In this document: in pieces, positions 48,295-59,226 of the stretch
Position numbering within the stretch: the stretch's first letter is position 1
Layout: the number at the start of each line of letters is the position of its first letter
Source: a bacterium
GTDB lineage: Bacteria; SAR324; JACQKK01
Length of the DNA: 64,000 nt
NCBI GenBank assembly: GCA_965240465.1
Contig: OZ251219.1
Location: 1 to 64,000, forward strand
Reading direction: 5' to 3'
Notes under the pieces: generated by a model
The model's input: only the letters and a program-made list of their open reading frames with translations
What the model was told of the DNA's origin: nothing
The model's database searches: none
Translations under genes and position numbers: made by a program

Positions 48295-49254
48295 CTAGAC
48301 CTTGTAACCCCATGCACCTTCTATGTTTAGGTCGCCTCCTTTGAAGAAAGATGTTATCAATTTAATATATTCTCTAAAATCAGGGTTTATTTTTGCTAGC
48401 TGATCGGCAGCATTCCAATCAACTTGCGGGCGTTCTCTAGCGGGAATCACAATTTGGCTCTTACGGGGTTCTTCCTCGTTTAAGAGAATAAAACCAATAC
48501 CATGCAGACTGGATAATACCCGTAACACTGGTTTAGCTGAGATGGCTAATTCGCCAGCAGCCAGATAACCAAGATTTGCCCAAGACGAATTACTGACAGC
48601 TTGAAAGAATGATTCTCTAACATTACCTATATCAATTTTCTCTTTCACCTCAGAAGACCACAGTCTTGCCTTTGCACCGCTATCTTTTACACATTCTTTG
48701 ATTTTATCATCCCAACCTTTACTCAAATCTTCTATCCCCACCAGATCCGGGTGGAGCCACTCACTTGCTCCTTTTTTCTTGCTTGTAGAGCGTCTTTCAT
48801 TAATTCTCTTGCTACGAACGTTTTCTGTCTCTAAAAATTTACTTAATACGGGATAAAACCTCTCTTCTCCCTTTAATGTGCTGTTAACCTTCGGTTTTGT
48901 AGTAAAATAGTGCCTTTGGGGATTCTTACCAGCTACCTTATTTGATGACTGTTGTTCTTTTGTTTCATCTTCATCCGATATTCCAGCAAAATAGAACTTC
49001 CTTGGACGATCAGTAGTTACTACAATCCTCGGTTCCTTCTTTACCATTGAATCACTATTAGCTGATATACTAGATCGTACCTGCTCCTTGAGATCTTTAT
49101 CCTCATTAAGCCGCCCACCACGAGCTTTTCTTCGCATCTCAAGACATTTTTCAGGGTAGGTTTTATAGTACCATTCTGCAATTTCTCTAGGGGTATATCT
49201 TTTTCCCTCGTTTTTCTTGAGGTATTCTATAACAATATCAATCTTACTAGCCAT
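48295..49254 (-). CDS. COG2958/HrgA-like protein (HTH + PD-(D/E)xK nuclease)
   Basis: WLHPDLVG, LWSSEVK, RESFFQAVSNSSWANLGYL, LHGIGFI. Confidence 0.85.
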   Translation of the reverse strand: MASKIDIVIEYLKKNEGKRYTPREIAEWYYKTYPEKCLEMRRKARGGRLNEDKDLKEQVRSSISANSDSMVKKEPRIVVTTDRPRKFYFAGISDEDETKEQQSSNKVAGKNPQRHYFTTKPKVNSTLKGEERFYPVLSKFLETENVRSKRINERRSTSKKKGASEWLHPDLVGIEDLSKGWDDKIKECVKDSGAKARLWSSEVKEKIDIGNVRESFFQAVSNSSWANLGYLAAGELAISAKPVLRVLSSLHGIGFILLNEEEPRKSQIVIPARERPQVDWNAADQLAKINPDFREYIKLITSFFKGGDLNIEGAWGYKV

Positions 49255-49382
49255 CTGTAGTCTCCTTTATTCGTTAATTTTCATACCAATCTAAGCGATA
49301 TTTGTCCTCGCTTAACTAAAGATACAATACTCTATTCACTTGTTCAAGCCATCCTTGCTACATTAGCTCTTAAAGGAGAGAC

Positions 49383-50822
49383 ATGATGCTAATACCAGTA
49401 ATATTAAGTGGAGGGGTTGGTTCTCGGCTGTGGCCGCTGTCTCGTGAACAGGAACCAAAGTTGTTCATGCGTCTAGCTGACAATGAAAGCCTAGTACAGA
49501 AAGCATTCTTGCGGGGTAGTCTATTGCCTGAGGTACGGGATGTGCTAACGGTTTGCTCGCAACATTTTTGGCGACAGATTGACCGCGAATATCAGGAGGT
49601 TGCCGAGCCTCGCAAGTTGGCTGTTAAAAACCATTTTATGTTGGAGCCTTGTAGTCGTAACACCGCAGCAGCTATCGCGATGGCTACCCTGTGGGTAAGT
49701 CGTACCTTTGGCGAGGACACCCAGCTACTGGTTTTGCCCAGCGACCACTTAATCACTCCGCAATCCTTGTTTAATGAAGCTGTTGAGCGGGCAATCGCTC
49801 TGGCGGAAACGGGAAAGATAACTCTGTTTGGTATTAAACCTACCCGCCCAGATACGGGCTATGGCTACTTAGAGAATCGTGCGGATGAGATAATTCGCTT
49901 CGTGGAAAAGCCCGATGCTAAACGAGCAGAGGAATTCTATAAAAGCGGTGATTTTCTTTGGAATGCTGGAATGTTTTGTTTTCAGGCACGAGTGATGCTC
50001 AAAGAAATGCAGCAGCATTGTGCCGAAATCTTAGTGGCGGCTGAAAAAACAGCTGAGAAAACAATGACAGAGCAACAAGGAGGACGCACCTTGATTAAGA
50101 TTAGTCCTGAGAATTTTCAAGCCATTCCTCAAGAATCCATTGATTACGCGGTTATTGAGAAAACCACCTCTGCTGCGGTGGTGTCCAGTAAATTTGACTG
50201 GAATGATATTGGTAATTGGGATACTTGGGGAGAACTGAAGCCTGCCGATGAGAAGGGCAACCATATCCAAGGGCCGGTCGCCATCATTGATTCGCACGAT
50301 AACATTATTTTCAGCCACCGCGTTCTGGGAGTACTGGGAATCGACAATGCCGTAATTGTTGACACTGAAGACGCCCTGCTGGTCGCCAATCGAAAAAATA
50401 TTCAACAGGTGCGAGAAATATATGCTCAGCTGAAAAAGAACTATCCTCAGGTGGTGGAATATCATAAAACCATTCAATGCCCTTGGGGATCCTACACTGT
50501 GCTGGATGAAGGAGTAAATTTTAAGGTGAAACGCATTGAAGTACATCCCAATGGTCAATTAAGCCTGCAATCACACAAACACCGCTCAGAACATTGGACC
50601 GTAGTCAGTGGAGAGGCAACCACTACCATTGATGGTAAAATAATGGTCTTGAAACCAAATCAGTCTTGCTATATCAATTGCGGAGAAATTCATCGGCTGG
50701 AAAACAAAGGGACCAAGAAGATGATCCTGATAGAAGTCCAAAGCGGTGCTTATCTGGAAGAAGATGACATCATTCGCTATGAAGACGCTTATGGACGGTC
50801 TACAGAAGATGAAACAAAATAG
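49383..50822 (+). CDS. manC: Mannose-1-phosphate guanylyltransferase/mannose-6-phosphate isomerase
   Basis: ILSGGVGSRLWPLSR, RNTAAA, FVEKP, SIDYAV, cupin PWG...SLQSHKHRSEHW. Confidence 0.94.
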   Translation: MMLIPVILSGGVGSRLWPLSREQEPKLFMRLADNESLVQKAFLRGSLLPEVRDVLTVCSQHFWRQIDREYQEVAEPRKLAVKNHFMLEPCSRNTAAAIAMATLWVSRTFGEDTQLLVLPSDHLITPQSLFNEAVERAIALAETGKITLFGIKPTRPDTGYGYLENRADEIIRFVEKPDAKRAEEFYKSGDFLWNAGMFCFQARVMLKEMQQHCAEILVAAEKTAEKTMTEQQGGRTLIKISPENFQAIPQESIDYAVIEKTTSAAVVSSKFDWNDIGNWDTWGELKPADEKGNHIQGPVAIIDSHDNIIFSHRVLGVLGIDNAVIVDTEDALLVANRKNIQQVREIYAQLKKNYPQVVEYHKTIQCPWGSYTVLDEGVNFKVKRIEVHPNGQLSLQSHKHRSEHWTVVSGEATTTIDGKIMVLKPNQSCYINCGEIHRLENKGTKKMILIEVQSGAYLEEDDIIRYEDAYGRSTEDETK

Positions 50823-50841
50823 CCCGAGAGAATGGTGGTAC

Positions 50842-52065
50842 TTAAGCTCTCCGATAAAGACTGTTTTCGTCGCAATATATCCTGCCTGAAAGTTCCAACT
50901 CCAGCAGTATCCCCAGCAAGCGTTCCATGGGGATCTCAGCCGAGCGACAAATATCATCGGGATGCATTGATTGACGGGCCAAGAAGTTCATCACACAAGT
51001 TTGCTCTTTGCTGAGAGATTTGTCATTAGCAGCAGTTGATGAATCAGATGAGGTAGTAGGCTCGGGAGTATTTTGGTGAACAAAGGCAGGGAAATCCGTG
51101 ATGATTTGGGGGATTTCGTTGGTAGAAGAATCAGCAGTAGAAGAAGTAGCTGGGATCTCAGCGAGATTGTACGAATCGGGAGCATAACTTAAAACAGCCG
51201 CGGTAATTTCTTCTGTATCTAGGAGCATGCGTGCTTGTCCACTTTTCAGCAGATAATTGGTCCCCTGGCTACAAGGACGGTTAACATCGCCGGGCAAGCA
51301 GAAGACTTGGCGGTTGTAGTTTTGGGAAAATCCTGCCGTAATCAAGGCTCCGCTTTTTAAGCCTGCCTCCGTCACTGCCAGTGCACCACCCAGCCCGCTG
51401 ATAATCCTATTGCGATGAGGAAAATTATAAGCATGAGCAGGAGTACCCATCGGTTGTTCGCTTATCACTATCCCCTGGCTGTAAATACGATTTGTTAATG
51501 ATCTATGCTGAGGAGGATAAATTACATCCACACCACATCCCAGTACAGCCACAGTACGCAAGCCAAGCTTTAGAGCACACTCATGAGCTATACTATCCAC
51601 TCCCAGTGCTAGACCACTAACTACGATCAGCTGAGGAATTCGCTTAGTCATCTCACCCAACAGCAGTTCAATCTGCTGTGTAGAGTAAGTGGTACATTGG
51701 CGGCTACCTACGATGCTCAACATTGGTCCTTCAGGGAAGGGCTGTTGGCCGCGGCAATAAAGTACCGCAGGCGGATTAGGCAAGCATTCCAGTAAAGTAG
51801 GATAATCGTCATCACCCAGACAAAGCAAACGTGCTCCAGCACGGCGTATACTCTCACACTGAGCTACGATATCCACCGTATCCGAGGCGTGCAAAATGCT
51901 TTCTATCTGGTGTGTAGAGAAATTACAAAATTCCGATAATTCTTCAGGAGAAGCCTCCAGTGCCTGCTGAGGATGCTGGTATTGACTAATTATTGTTCCA
52001 AGTGCACCAGGCCCAATCCCCTTTAACAAGCTGAGTAATAATAAACTGCGTTGACGATCATCCAT
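50842..52065 (-). CDS. dprA: DNA-processing protein DprA
   Basis: IVGSR, VSGLALGVD, AVLGCG, FPHRNRIISGL, SGALITA, C-terminal winged helix. Confidence 0.94.
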   Translation of the reverse strand: MDDRQRSLLLLSLLKGIGPGALGTIISQYQHPQQALEASPEELSEFCNFSTHQIESILHASDTVDIVAQCESIRRAGARLLCLGDDDYPTLLECLPNPPAVLYCRGQQPFPEGPMLSIVGSRQCTTYSTQQIELLLGEMTKRIPQLIVVSGLALGVDSIAHECALKLGLRTVAVLGCGVDVIYPPQHRSLTNRIYSQGIVISEQPMGTPAHAYNFPHRNRIISGLGGALAVTEAGLKSGALITAGFSQNYNRQVFCLPGDVNRPCSQGTNYLLKSGQARMLLDTEEITAAVLSYAPDSYNLAEIPATSSTADSSTNEIPQIITDFPAFVHQNTPEPTTSSDSSTAANDKSLSKEQTCVMNFLARQSMHPDDICRSAEIPMERLLGILLELELSGRIYCDENSLYRRA

Positions 52066-52134
52066 AGAACGTATTTCTTTATATTTATTCTAATAAATTA
52101 TTTTTGTTTAGCATAAATTTCCATAAGAAATTGG

Positions 52135-52941
52135 CTATGATTTAGCATTAGCTGCCGAAATTTTTAACCTCTTTAGTACGGGTTCCCATTCTTTGGCTCT
52201 ATGTTCCTGTTGCCCAAGTTGATATGAGTTTATCAATTTGGCCAGCACTTTGCGTTTTTGGGGATATTCAGGATAGTTTTTCAGCAAAAACAAGTAGCGA
52301 TTTGCGGCAGCCGCGTATTGATGACGCTTAAAATAAAAATCTGCTACCAGTTGTTCATGTCCTGCCAAGATGTGCCGAGCTCTATTATAGTAGTCCGTGA
52401 CACTTCCTTGGTAGCTGCTGTTGGGGTAGATAAGAAAGAATCTTTCTGCATCTTGGACAATATTTTTATATGGTTTTATGTTGCGGCTTACATTTGTTTT
52501 TCGTCTGAAAAACCCCGCCAAGGTTTGCTCGTATTGTACCCGTATCAGGTTGTAATAGATCAAGTGGCTTCGTTCACCATAGGGTTGCAAAATGGTGACC
52601 CGCCGATAGTTGATCTCTGCTTCATCCCATTTTTCTAGCTTTTCGTTAGCTTGGGCTAGTCGTAGATGAGCATACACTGCTTGCAAGGTGCTGGGTTCTT
52701 TATCCACCACAATGGTGTATTTGCGAATGGCATCAAGGTAAAATCCGTCGTCAAACAAGCGATTAGCTTCTAGATAAAGATGGCGTGTGTTTTTGTTTTT
52801 ATCTGCAGTTACTTCTCCTTCTGGTTCCAGCTGCGATTTGGTAGCTCCTTCCGTGGGTTGTGCCCACAATGGCTGTGTCCACAATAGTTGTGTCACTAGC
52901 AAGCAGGAAAGCAATAATAGACCACCGACAATTCTACTCAT
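52135..52941 (-). CDS. bamD: Outer-membrane assembly factor BamD-like
   Basis: YPNSSY...LAGHEQLVADFYFKR..Y.AAANRY..LL..YP. Confidence 0.8.
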   Translation of the reverse strand: MSRIVGGLLLLSCLLVTQLLWTQPLWAQPTEGATKSQLEPEGEVTADKNKNTRHLYLEANRLFDDGFYLDAIRKYTIVVDKEPSTLQAVYAHLRLAQANEKLEKWDEAEINYRRVTILQPYGERSHLIYYNLIRVQYEQTLAGFFRRKTNVSRNIKPYKNIVQDAERFFLIYPNSSYQGSVTDYYNRARHILAGHEQLVADFYFKRHQYAAAANRYLFLLKNYPEYPQKRKVLAKLINSYQLGQQEHRAKEWEPVLKRLKISAANAKS

Positions 52942-53041
52942 TAAAAGATCTCGTTGTTATTCTTATTGACGAATTTTGGTTCACCATTTTAGCTTGACTA
53001 GCCTTGGGTTAAAATTGTCATTGCTGGTAGAAAGCACTATG

Positions 53042-54199
53042 CTAGCCCCTCCTACGGGTGAAAGTACTAGCGGTGGGAGGTGAAAAATCACGCACTTTCT
53101 TGAGCTTCAAAAATCCATCTTGTTCCGAGGAACAGCGGACACGAAACACGTTTCCTCGCATATCAAGGGTACTTCCTCCCCGAATAGAACCAGACAGAGT
53201 GTGTACATCAGCATGGATAATGGCCTCAGTGTTATTATCTAGGTCAACTTGCAGGCGTCCAATTTGGCCATTGAGCACTAGTTTGCACTGTCCGCGTGCG
53301 TGTACTTCGGCATTACCGCTCAATTCTATCACACGAGCATAAGCCTGCTGCATGCGAAGCGTTAGTCCACAGAGTTCAGCGGCTACCAGCTGACCGCCAG
53401 GGAGTAAATTGGCACTTAATTGACTATTCAGATCACCAATGGTTAGTGGTCTACTGAGGTCACACACTTCTACTGCAATTCCTGAAGGTACAGTGATTAG
53501 AAGGTTAACGGGCAATTGATTGCATTCTAGCAAGAATTTTTCGGCACTGGGAAGGTTGTTTTGCGACCCCATTCTTTCTAAAGTCCGTCCCAATAGGCCT
53601 GCCCCAGTAAACTCTCTGCCACTAGAAAAAGAATTCTTTGGGACAGGGGATAAACGCTTCAAATAATGTTGCGGACCTTCCATTTCCAGCTGCACAATGT
53701 GTCTGGCGATCTGCTGAGAATGAACACCTTGTAGCTTAGCCAAGGTACTGTTCCACAACCGTAGTGCCTCCGTGGGATTGATGACAGTCTCGCCTCCTGG
53801 GGCACTCAGTACAAATACCCCATTGCGCGGCAATGCCAAGGCACTGATATGCACCATATCTTTACCACTACTCGCGGTAGATTTTGTTGCTGTCCTTGTG
53901 CCTTCTTTTCCACTGGTATTCCGCGACCATTCTGATTTGTGAACAAAACCAGTACTAGAGCCAAAGCCTGCTGTCCCCCTTACTCCTCCTTCGTTATGAA
54001 AATTGAGCACTGTTTCATCATAAGCACGGCGTTTATCGGCATCCTGCAAAGTTTCATAGGCCTGCTGTACTAGACCAAACAACACCGCGTCTCCACCCGC
54101 ATCAGGGTGCAACTTCTTGGCTAAATTACGCCAAGCGGACTGAATCTCATCTGCCGAAGCCGAAGTAGATACCTGTAACAATTGATAATAATTATTCAC
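53042..54199 (-). CDS. J-domain protein with uncharacterised C-terminal beta-rich region
   Basis: NYYQLL...EI..AWR.LAKKLHPD...AYETL.D..KRRAYD. Confidence 0.8.
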   Translation of the reverse strand: MNNYYQLLQVSTSASADEIQSAWRNLAKKLHPDAGGDAVLFGLVQQAYETLQDADKRRAYDETVLNFHNEGGVRGTAGFGSSTGFVHKSEWSRNTSGKEGTRTATKSTASSGKDMVHISALALPRNGVFVLSAPGGETVINPTEALRLWNSTLAKLQGVHSQQIARHIVQLEMEGPQHYLKRLSPVPKNSFSSGREFTGAGLLGRTLERMGSQNNLPSAEKFLLECNQLPVNLLITVPSGIAVEVCDLSRPLTIGDLNSQLSANLLPGGQLVAAELCGLTLRMQQAYARVIELSGNAEVHARGQCKLVLNGQIGRLQVDLDNNTEAIIHADVHTLSGSIRGGSTLDMRGNVFRVRCSSEQDGFLKLKKVRDFSPPTASTFTRRRG

Positions 54200-54266
54200 C
54201 GTATTTTCTCATCAATATTTTCCGCCAGAAATACCTATGATCAGTTATAGGATACACACTATTCTA

Positions 54267-55379
54267 CTAATCATCCAAATCATGTTGTTGCCGTAATCTA
54301 CTAAAAGCCCACTGCGGTTCCTGACGCAACCAGTGGTCAATTAAAACCAAATTCACCATCGCTTCCACTACCGGTACCGCACGAGGTAGCACGCAGGGAT
54401 CATGGCGTCCTTGCCCTCGCAATAACACCTTTTCTCCTTTGCGATTAACTGTCTGCTGTTCTTTAGCGATGGTAGAAGTAGGCTTGAAAGCTACCCGCAA
54501 CAGGATCGGTTCTCCATTGCTAATTCCCCCCTGTATTCCCCCAGAACGATTGCTTGCAGTGCCAATTCCCGCAGGCTTTTTCACATACACATCGTTGTGT
54601 TCTGAGCCTAGTTGAGTAGTTGCCGCAAATCCCAGACCAAATTCCACTCCACGGGTGGCAGGTAGAGACATTAAACCCTTAGCTAAATCCGCCGTTAGCT
54701 TGTCAAAAACGGGTTCTCCCAGCCCCGCAGGACAGCCGCGTACAACCACTTCTATAACACCACCAACGCTATCACCCTGCTTTTTTACCTCCATAATATA
54801 AGCCTCCATCTCCCGTGCAGCCTTGGCATCGGGACACCTCACCACGTTGCTTTCAATTTGCTCACCCGAAACTCGTTCCACATCTACCCGGCTTCGCAAC
54901 TTATGAACCTCTGAAACCCAAGCTAAGGTCTCCACTCCGTGCAAACTTAATAGTTTCTTAGCCACCGCACCAGCAGCTACCCGAGCAACAGTCTCACGTG
55001 CACTAGCTCTACCTCCACCCTGCCAATTGTGTATTCCATATTTTTGCTCATAACTAAAATCGGCATGGCTAGGACGATACCGTTCCCTAAAAATCTTATA
55101 ATCCTGTTGCCGAGCATCGCCATTGCGTACCAACATAGCCAAAGACGTCCCGAGCGTGTGCCCTTCAAACACTCCGCTGACAATCTCCACCTGATCCTGC
55201 TCGGAACGCTGAGTGGTTATCTGACTCTGGGACGGACGCCGCCGCTTCAACTGCTGCTGAATATCATTTTCAGTTAAGGGCAAGCCCGCTGGGCAACCTT
55301 CTACCACCACCCCGACCGCAACCCCATGGGACTCCCCCCAGCTGGTAATCTTGAAAAATTTGCCAAAAGTATCACCCAC
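54267..55379 (-). CDS. aroC: Chorismate synthase
   Basis: [43 protein letters not shown]. Confidence 0.97.
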   Translation of the reverse strand: MGDTFGKFFKITSWGESHGVAVGVVVEGCPAGLPLTENDIQQQLKRRRPSQSQITTQRSEQDQVEIVSGVFEGHTLGTSLAMLVRNGDARQQDYKIFRERYRPSHADFSYEQKYGIHNWQGGGRASARETVARVAAGAVAKKLLSLHGVETLAWVSEVHKLRSRVDVERVSGEQIESNVVRCPDAKAAREMEAYIMEVKKQGDSVGGVIEVVVRGCPAGLGEPVFDKLTADLAKGLMSLPATRGVEFGLGFAATTQLGSEHNDVYVKKPAGIGTASNRSGGIQGGISNGEPILLRVAFKPTSTIAKEQQTVNRKGEKVLLRGQGRHDPCVLPRAVPVVEAMVNLVLIDHWLRQEPQWAFSRLRQQHDLDD

Positions 55380-55568
55380 TTTTACCCCCTATTAATGCTA
55401 TACTGCGGTTTATATTTTGCATGATAAGGCACAAAATCATTTCTCAATCCAACCATGTTCCCAACAGATAATCTCCAATCTCATTCTAACCCGATGCACG
55501 ACTACTAACCAATCCTTACAACCAAACACCTGCCTTGCAACTTGCCCAAAGTTATACAGGAGTTCGTT

Positions 55569-56339
55569 ATGTTTATGCCACTGATGCCAACCACAAAATT
55601 TATTCTGCGTATCCCCCGATGGACAGCCATTTTGCTCCTGCTTGCCCTAGCCCTACTGATAAGTGCGACACTCTGGTGGCTGCTGGAAAATGAAGCCTTA
55701 AACACGCTTGCTTATTTTAATACTTGGCTCGCCGATAGTGTAATTAAGCGTTTCGGTTACTGGGGAGTATTTTTGCTAATGACCGTGGAGTCATCCTTTG
55801 TGCCATTCCCTTCTGAATTGGTAATACTTCCAGCTGGCGACTTAGCTCGTCGGCTACCCGATTGGACTCTCACTGGTGTTATAATCTCGGGTACACTTGG
55901 CTCGTTAGCTGGGGCAATCATAAATTATGGTCTAGCACGCTGGTTGGGGCGTCTATTGACACTCAGGTTGCTGGAGATAAGTGGCCGCTGGTTACGTATT
56001 TCTGTGGCTTCTTACCAGCGTACTGAGCAAATATTTTTGAAATATGGCTATATCTCTACCTTTTGCGGTCGTTTGTTACCCGTCATTCGTCAGTTAATTT
56101 CCCTACCTGCCGGTCTAGCACGCATGCCTATTCTGCCATTTGCTGTGCTGACTACCATAGGTGCAGGAATTTGGGTATCTTTACTAGCTTGGCTAGGATT
56201 TCGCTTTGGCCAAGACCATCAAGTGCTTACCCAGCAACTAAAACAAAACAGTCTCTGGGTGATTATAGCCGTACTAACTCTGCTTATAGCTTGGATAGCT
56301 TGGAGGCTACGCCAAGAAAGGCGTTCATCCCGTTCTTAA
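55569..56339 (+). CDS. DedA-family membrane protein
   Basis: ESSFVPFPSELVI, GSLAGA..NY, GRLLPVIRQLISLPAG. Confidence 0.9.
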   Translation: MFMPLMPTTKFILRIPRWTAILLLLALALLISATLWWLLENEALNTLAYFNTWLADSVIKRFGYWGVFLLMTVESSFVPFPSELVILPAGDLARRLPDWTLTGVIISGTLGSLAGAIINYGLARWLGRLLTLRLLEISGRWLRISVASYQRTEQIFLKYGYISTFCGRLLPVIRQLISLPAGLARMPILPFAVLTTIGAGIWVSLLAWLGFRFGQDHQVLTQQLKQNSLWVIIAVLTLLIAWIAWRLRQERRSSRS

Positions 56340-56362
56340 ACACCTTACTCGGAAAATACCCC

Positions 56363-56683
56363 ATGACGACTATATATTCTTCTTCTGAATCTGATGTTTC
56401 TTCTAACAAGAAATGTGTGTACATAGTTGTTTATGGCAGGGTGCAGGGTGTAGGTTATCGGGAATTTGTGTGTAAGGTTGCCAAACATTTTCAATTGACA
56501 GGATGGGTACACAACATGCCTGATGGACGCGTAGAGGCAGTGGTACGCATAAGTCATCAAATACTTCCTAAATTAGTTACCTTCCTAAAACAAGGAACTC
56601 CCTCTTCTAAAGTTATTCGGGTATCAACCAAAGAAATTTCATCCCTCAGTTGCCCGATCCGCGGCTTTGATATTATTACCTAA
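56363..56683 (+). CDS. acyP: Acylphosphatase
   Basis: GRVQGVGYR, GWVHNMPDGRVE; start re-placed inside ORF 56063..56683. Confidence 0.88.
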   Translation: MTTIYSSSESDVSSNKKCVYIVVYGRVQGVGYREFVCKVAKHFQLTGWVHNMPDGRVEAVVRISHQILPKLVTFLKQGTPSSKVIRVSTKEISSLSCPIRGFDIIT

Positions 56684-57804
56684 CCCGTCTTGGCCCGAAA
56701 TCTGGTTGCAGAAAAAGGTTTGATTACCGAGGGACATTCATTATCCAACATCAGGCTTACCAAGCTGTGGGCGGTGATGGGTGCATTCAGGATACCATTC
56801 CGATAATGACCCGTTGCCACAAAAAAACCAGGGGCAATCCGACCCACAATAGGAGCATTATCCCGACTACCAGGTCTTAACCCTGCCCAAACTTCTTCCA
56901 GTGGCCACTCATCTACCCTGGGGAAAATTCTCCGTGCCTCCCGAAGCAAATCAAACAACACTCCCGCACTGGACTGTTTATCAAAGCCTCGTTCTTCCAC
57001 TGAAGCCCCTATCAATACCCTGCCATCCTCCCGCGGCACCAAGCAGTACCCATACCTAACCCCATGCAGTACACGCTTAGGAATCTCGTGCTGGGGTGCT
57101 CGCAAACACAACATCTGCCCCTTGATAGGCCGCACTGGCAAATCCACCAAAGAATCTACCCCCTTAATCATTCTACTCCAACAACCTGCTGCCAATAGCA
57201 CCTGTTTTCCTAGTAATACCTCGCCTTCCACCTGAACTGCAGGGGCTTCATCTCCCTGAGGTAATAGCTCCTGAACCTCACAATGCTCCCGTAATTCTCC
57301 TCCAGCCGATAAGAATGCTCGCCTTAAAGTAGCCATCAAACGCCTATTGTCCACCTGATAATCATCCACCTTTATCCCCGCTACCACCCGAGGGGACAAC
57401 CCATCCTCGCACATCTGTGCCTCCTCTCCTGATAACCATCGCACCTGATCTCGCTGCCCCTGCTGACGCTTAAATATCCGCTCCAGTTGCTGACGCTCAT
57501 CGGCATCCAATGCCACTTGCAACGTTCCCTCATTGCGAAACCCTACCCGTTCTCCGCTGGCAGCCTCTAACTCGCGCACGAAATCTGGGTACAACCTCAA
57601 ACTAGCCAGACCCAATTGATAAACCTCTTCTCCGTCCACCTCCAGCTCACATAGCGGCGACAACATTCCCGCCGCCGCCCACGAGGACTCCTGCCCCGTC
57701 CCACCCCGCTCTAATATCAATACCCGCTCCTTACGCCGTGCCAACAACCATCCCACCGACAGCCCAATTATTCCCCCTCCTATTATCAAGACGCCCCGAT
57801 TCAT
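56680..57804 (-). CDS. thiO: Glycine oxidase ThiO
   Basis: IIGGGIIG, SWAAAGML, RPIKGQM, WAGLRP, ATGHYRNGIL. Confidence 0.85.
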   Translation of the reverse strand: MNRGVLIIGGGIIGLSVGWLLARRKERVLILERGGTGQESSWAAAGMLSPLCELEVDGEEVYQLGLASLRLYPDFVRELEAASGERVGFRNEGTLQVALDADERQQLERIFKRQQGQRDQVRWLSGEEAQMCEDGLSPRVVAGIKVDDYQVDNRRLMATLRRAFLSAGGELREHCEVQELLPQGDEAPAVQVEGEVLLGKQVLLAAGCWSRMIKGVDSLVDLPVRPIKGQMLCLRAPQHEIPKRVLHGVRYGYCLVPREDGRVLIGASVEERGFDKQSSAGVLFDLLREARRIFPRVDEWPLEEVWAGLRPGSRDNAPIVGRIAPGFFVATGHYRNGILNAPITAHSLVSLMLDNECPSVIKPFSATRFRAKTG

Positions 57805-57865
57805 GCTCTGTTACTCAGCTAGATAAAGCCTCTGCCCGTTACCAGATATATCCTACACCAGAAAG

Positions 57866-59089
57866 CTATTCAAATAGCCAATACCAACCGTAAGCCAACA
57901 AAACAGCTGGAACAGCACTATAAACAGTCGCCACCAGAGAGGCTTTAGGAGCCACTGCCAAGGCAGGGAAGAGGGCATCACCATCATTGCAGATGGCGTT
58001 TCCCAGTTGAGCTGAGAACGGTATCAAACCATTGACATACAGGGTAGTCACTACCACTTGCGGTCCGCAACCCGGTATAAAGCCTAAGACAATTCCCATC
58101 AAAGGCACCAGCGGCGCCCACAAACTAAAGAACTGTTCCAATTGAACTCCGCTGAAAAACAAAGCTAGTTCATAGAGTAAAAACGCCAAAACTATCCACT
58201 TGGTAACAAAATTGGTATCATTTGCAATTCTACTAATAGTAGATCCATATTTCCATTTAACTACTAATTCTCTATGAGCATGGCAACAATGTGGCTCACT
58301 AGGAGTTTTTTGCAGGGGCAAGATATCCCACATCATAAGACTCAAACTAGCCCCAAAAACACCCACCACTAAACGAGGAGAAAAGCCCTCAATTCCCAGC
58401 AGGGCATCAGCATCTAGCTGAAAGGCATCGGCTAAGCCCAGCACTACGCCTGGTATCAATATTAACATCCAAGCCCAGCCAAACAGAGACATCGGGGCTA
58501 CTAAATTTCTATGTTTATGGCAAAGCAACTTTCCCGTTTTCTTGCTACGTAGAAAATCAGGCCCATGGATGGCATCCACCAGCATGCCACTGATACTCCC
58601 CACCACAATGCTACCTGCAAATAATCCTAATGCCACCAACGGTTTGCGTGCCAACAGCAAAAATGCAGCATCTCCCATAGTAGATATTAACACTGCCACC
58701 AAAGCCCCAAAACTAATGCCACCCTTCACATATTGAGTCACCACCACAATCGCCCCGCCACAGCCAGGCAAAGCCCCCGCCACCGCCGCAATCACAGGCT
58801 GAACCCGACTGTACCGCTGCAGTAAACCAGCAACGTCCAAGCCTAGCCAATCCTCCAAAATGTAAAACAACGCCAAAGTGGCTGCCACAAACACCACCAC
58901 CGACAAATAGGCATCCCTAAGCACCCACATCAACAAGATACGAGTCTGAGGGTTAACCAATAAACCCACCATAATCACGTACAACAGCCACTTTCCCCAA
59001 TTTACTGACTTTACGGCAACCAGAACCCCCTCGAACAAGCATAGCAACCTCGTCCAAGGTATTTTTAATTTCAGAATCAATTCGGTCAC
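57866..59089 (-). CDS. Putative manganese/metal transporter (DUF2899-like)
   Basis: Twin PGCG motifs (ALPGCGGA, FIPGCGPQ), STMGDAAF, NDGDALFP; His/Cys-rich loops. Confidence 0.8.
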   Translation of the reverse strand: MTELILKLKIPWTRLLCLFEGVLVAVKSVNWGKWLLYVIMVGLLVNPQTRILLMWVLRDAYLSVVVFVAATLALFYILEDWLGLDVAGLLQRYSRVQPVIAAVAGALPGCGGAIVVVTQYVKGGISFGALVAVLISTMGDAAFLLLARKPLVALGLFAGSIVVGSISGMLVDAIHGPDFLRSKKTGKLLCHKHRNLVAPMSLFGWAWMLILIPGVVLGLADAFQLDADALLGIEGFSPRLVVGVFGASLSLMMWDILPLQKTPSEPHCCHAHRELVVKWKYGSTISRIANDTNFVTKWIVLAFLLYELALFFSGVQLEQFFSLWAPLVPLMGIVLGFIPGCGPQVVVTTLYVNGLIPFSAQLGNAICNDGDALFPALAVAPKASLVATVYSAVPAVLLAYGWYWLFE

Positions 59090-59226
59090 GACTATCTGCT
59101 TATCTGTCTTTTAATCCATCTACAATATCACTAGTACTTAGACTTAATCTTTCAGGTTTGTAGAACTAACAGCATCTCAAGGCTATACCAAACTACAAAT
59201 CAATCTAATAGAACATCAGTCTAAAT

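Noticed and set aside
47892-48317. ORF-track calls 47892..48110 and 48117..48317 (-)
   Set aside because: The recognisable excisionase-like peptide is in a different frame (48013..48213).
56063-56362. Long N-terminal extension of acylphosphatase
   Set aside because: Overlaps dedA out of frame; ATG at 56363 gives a normal-sized protein.
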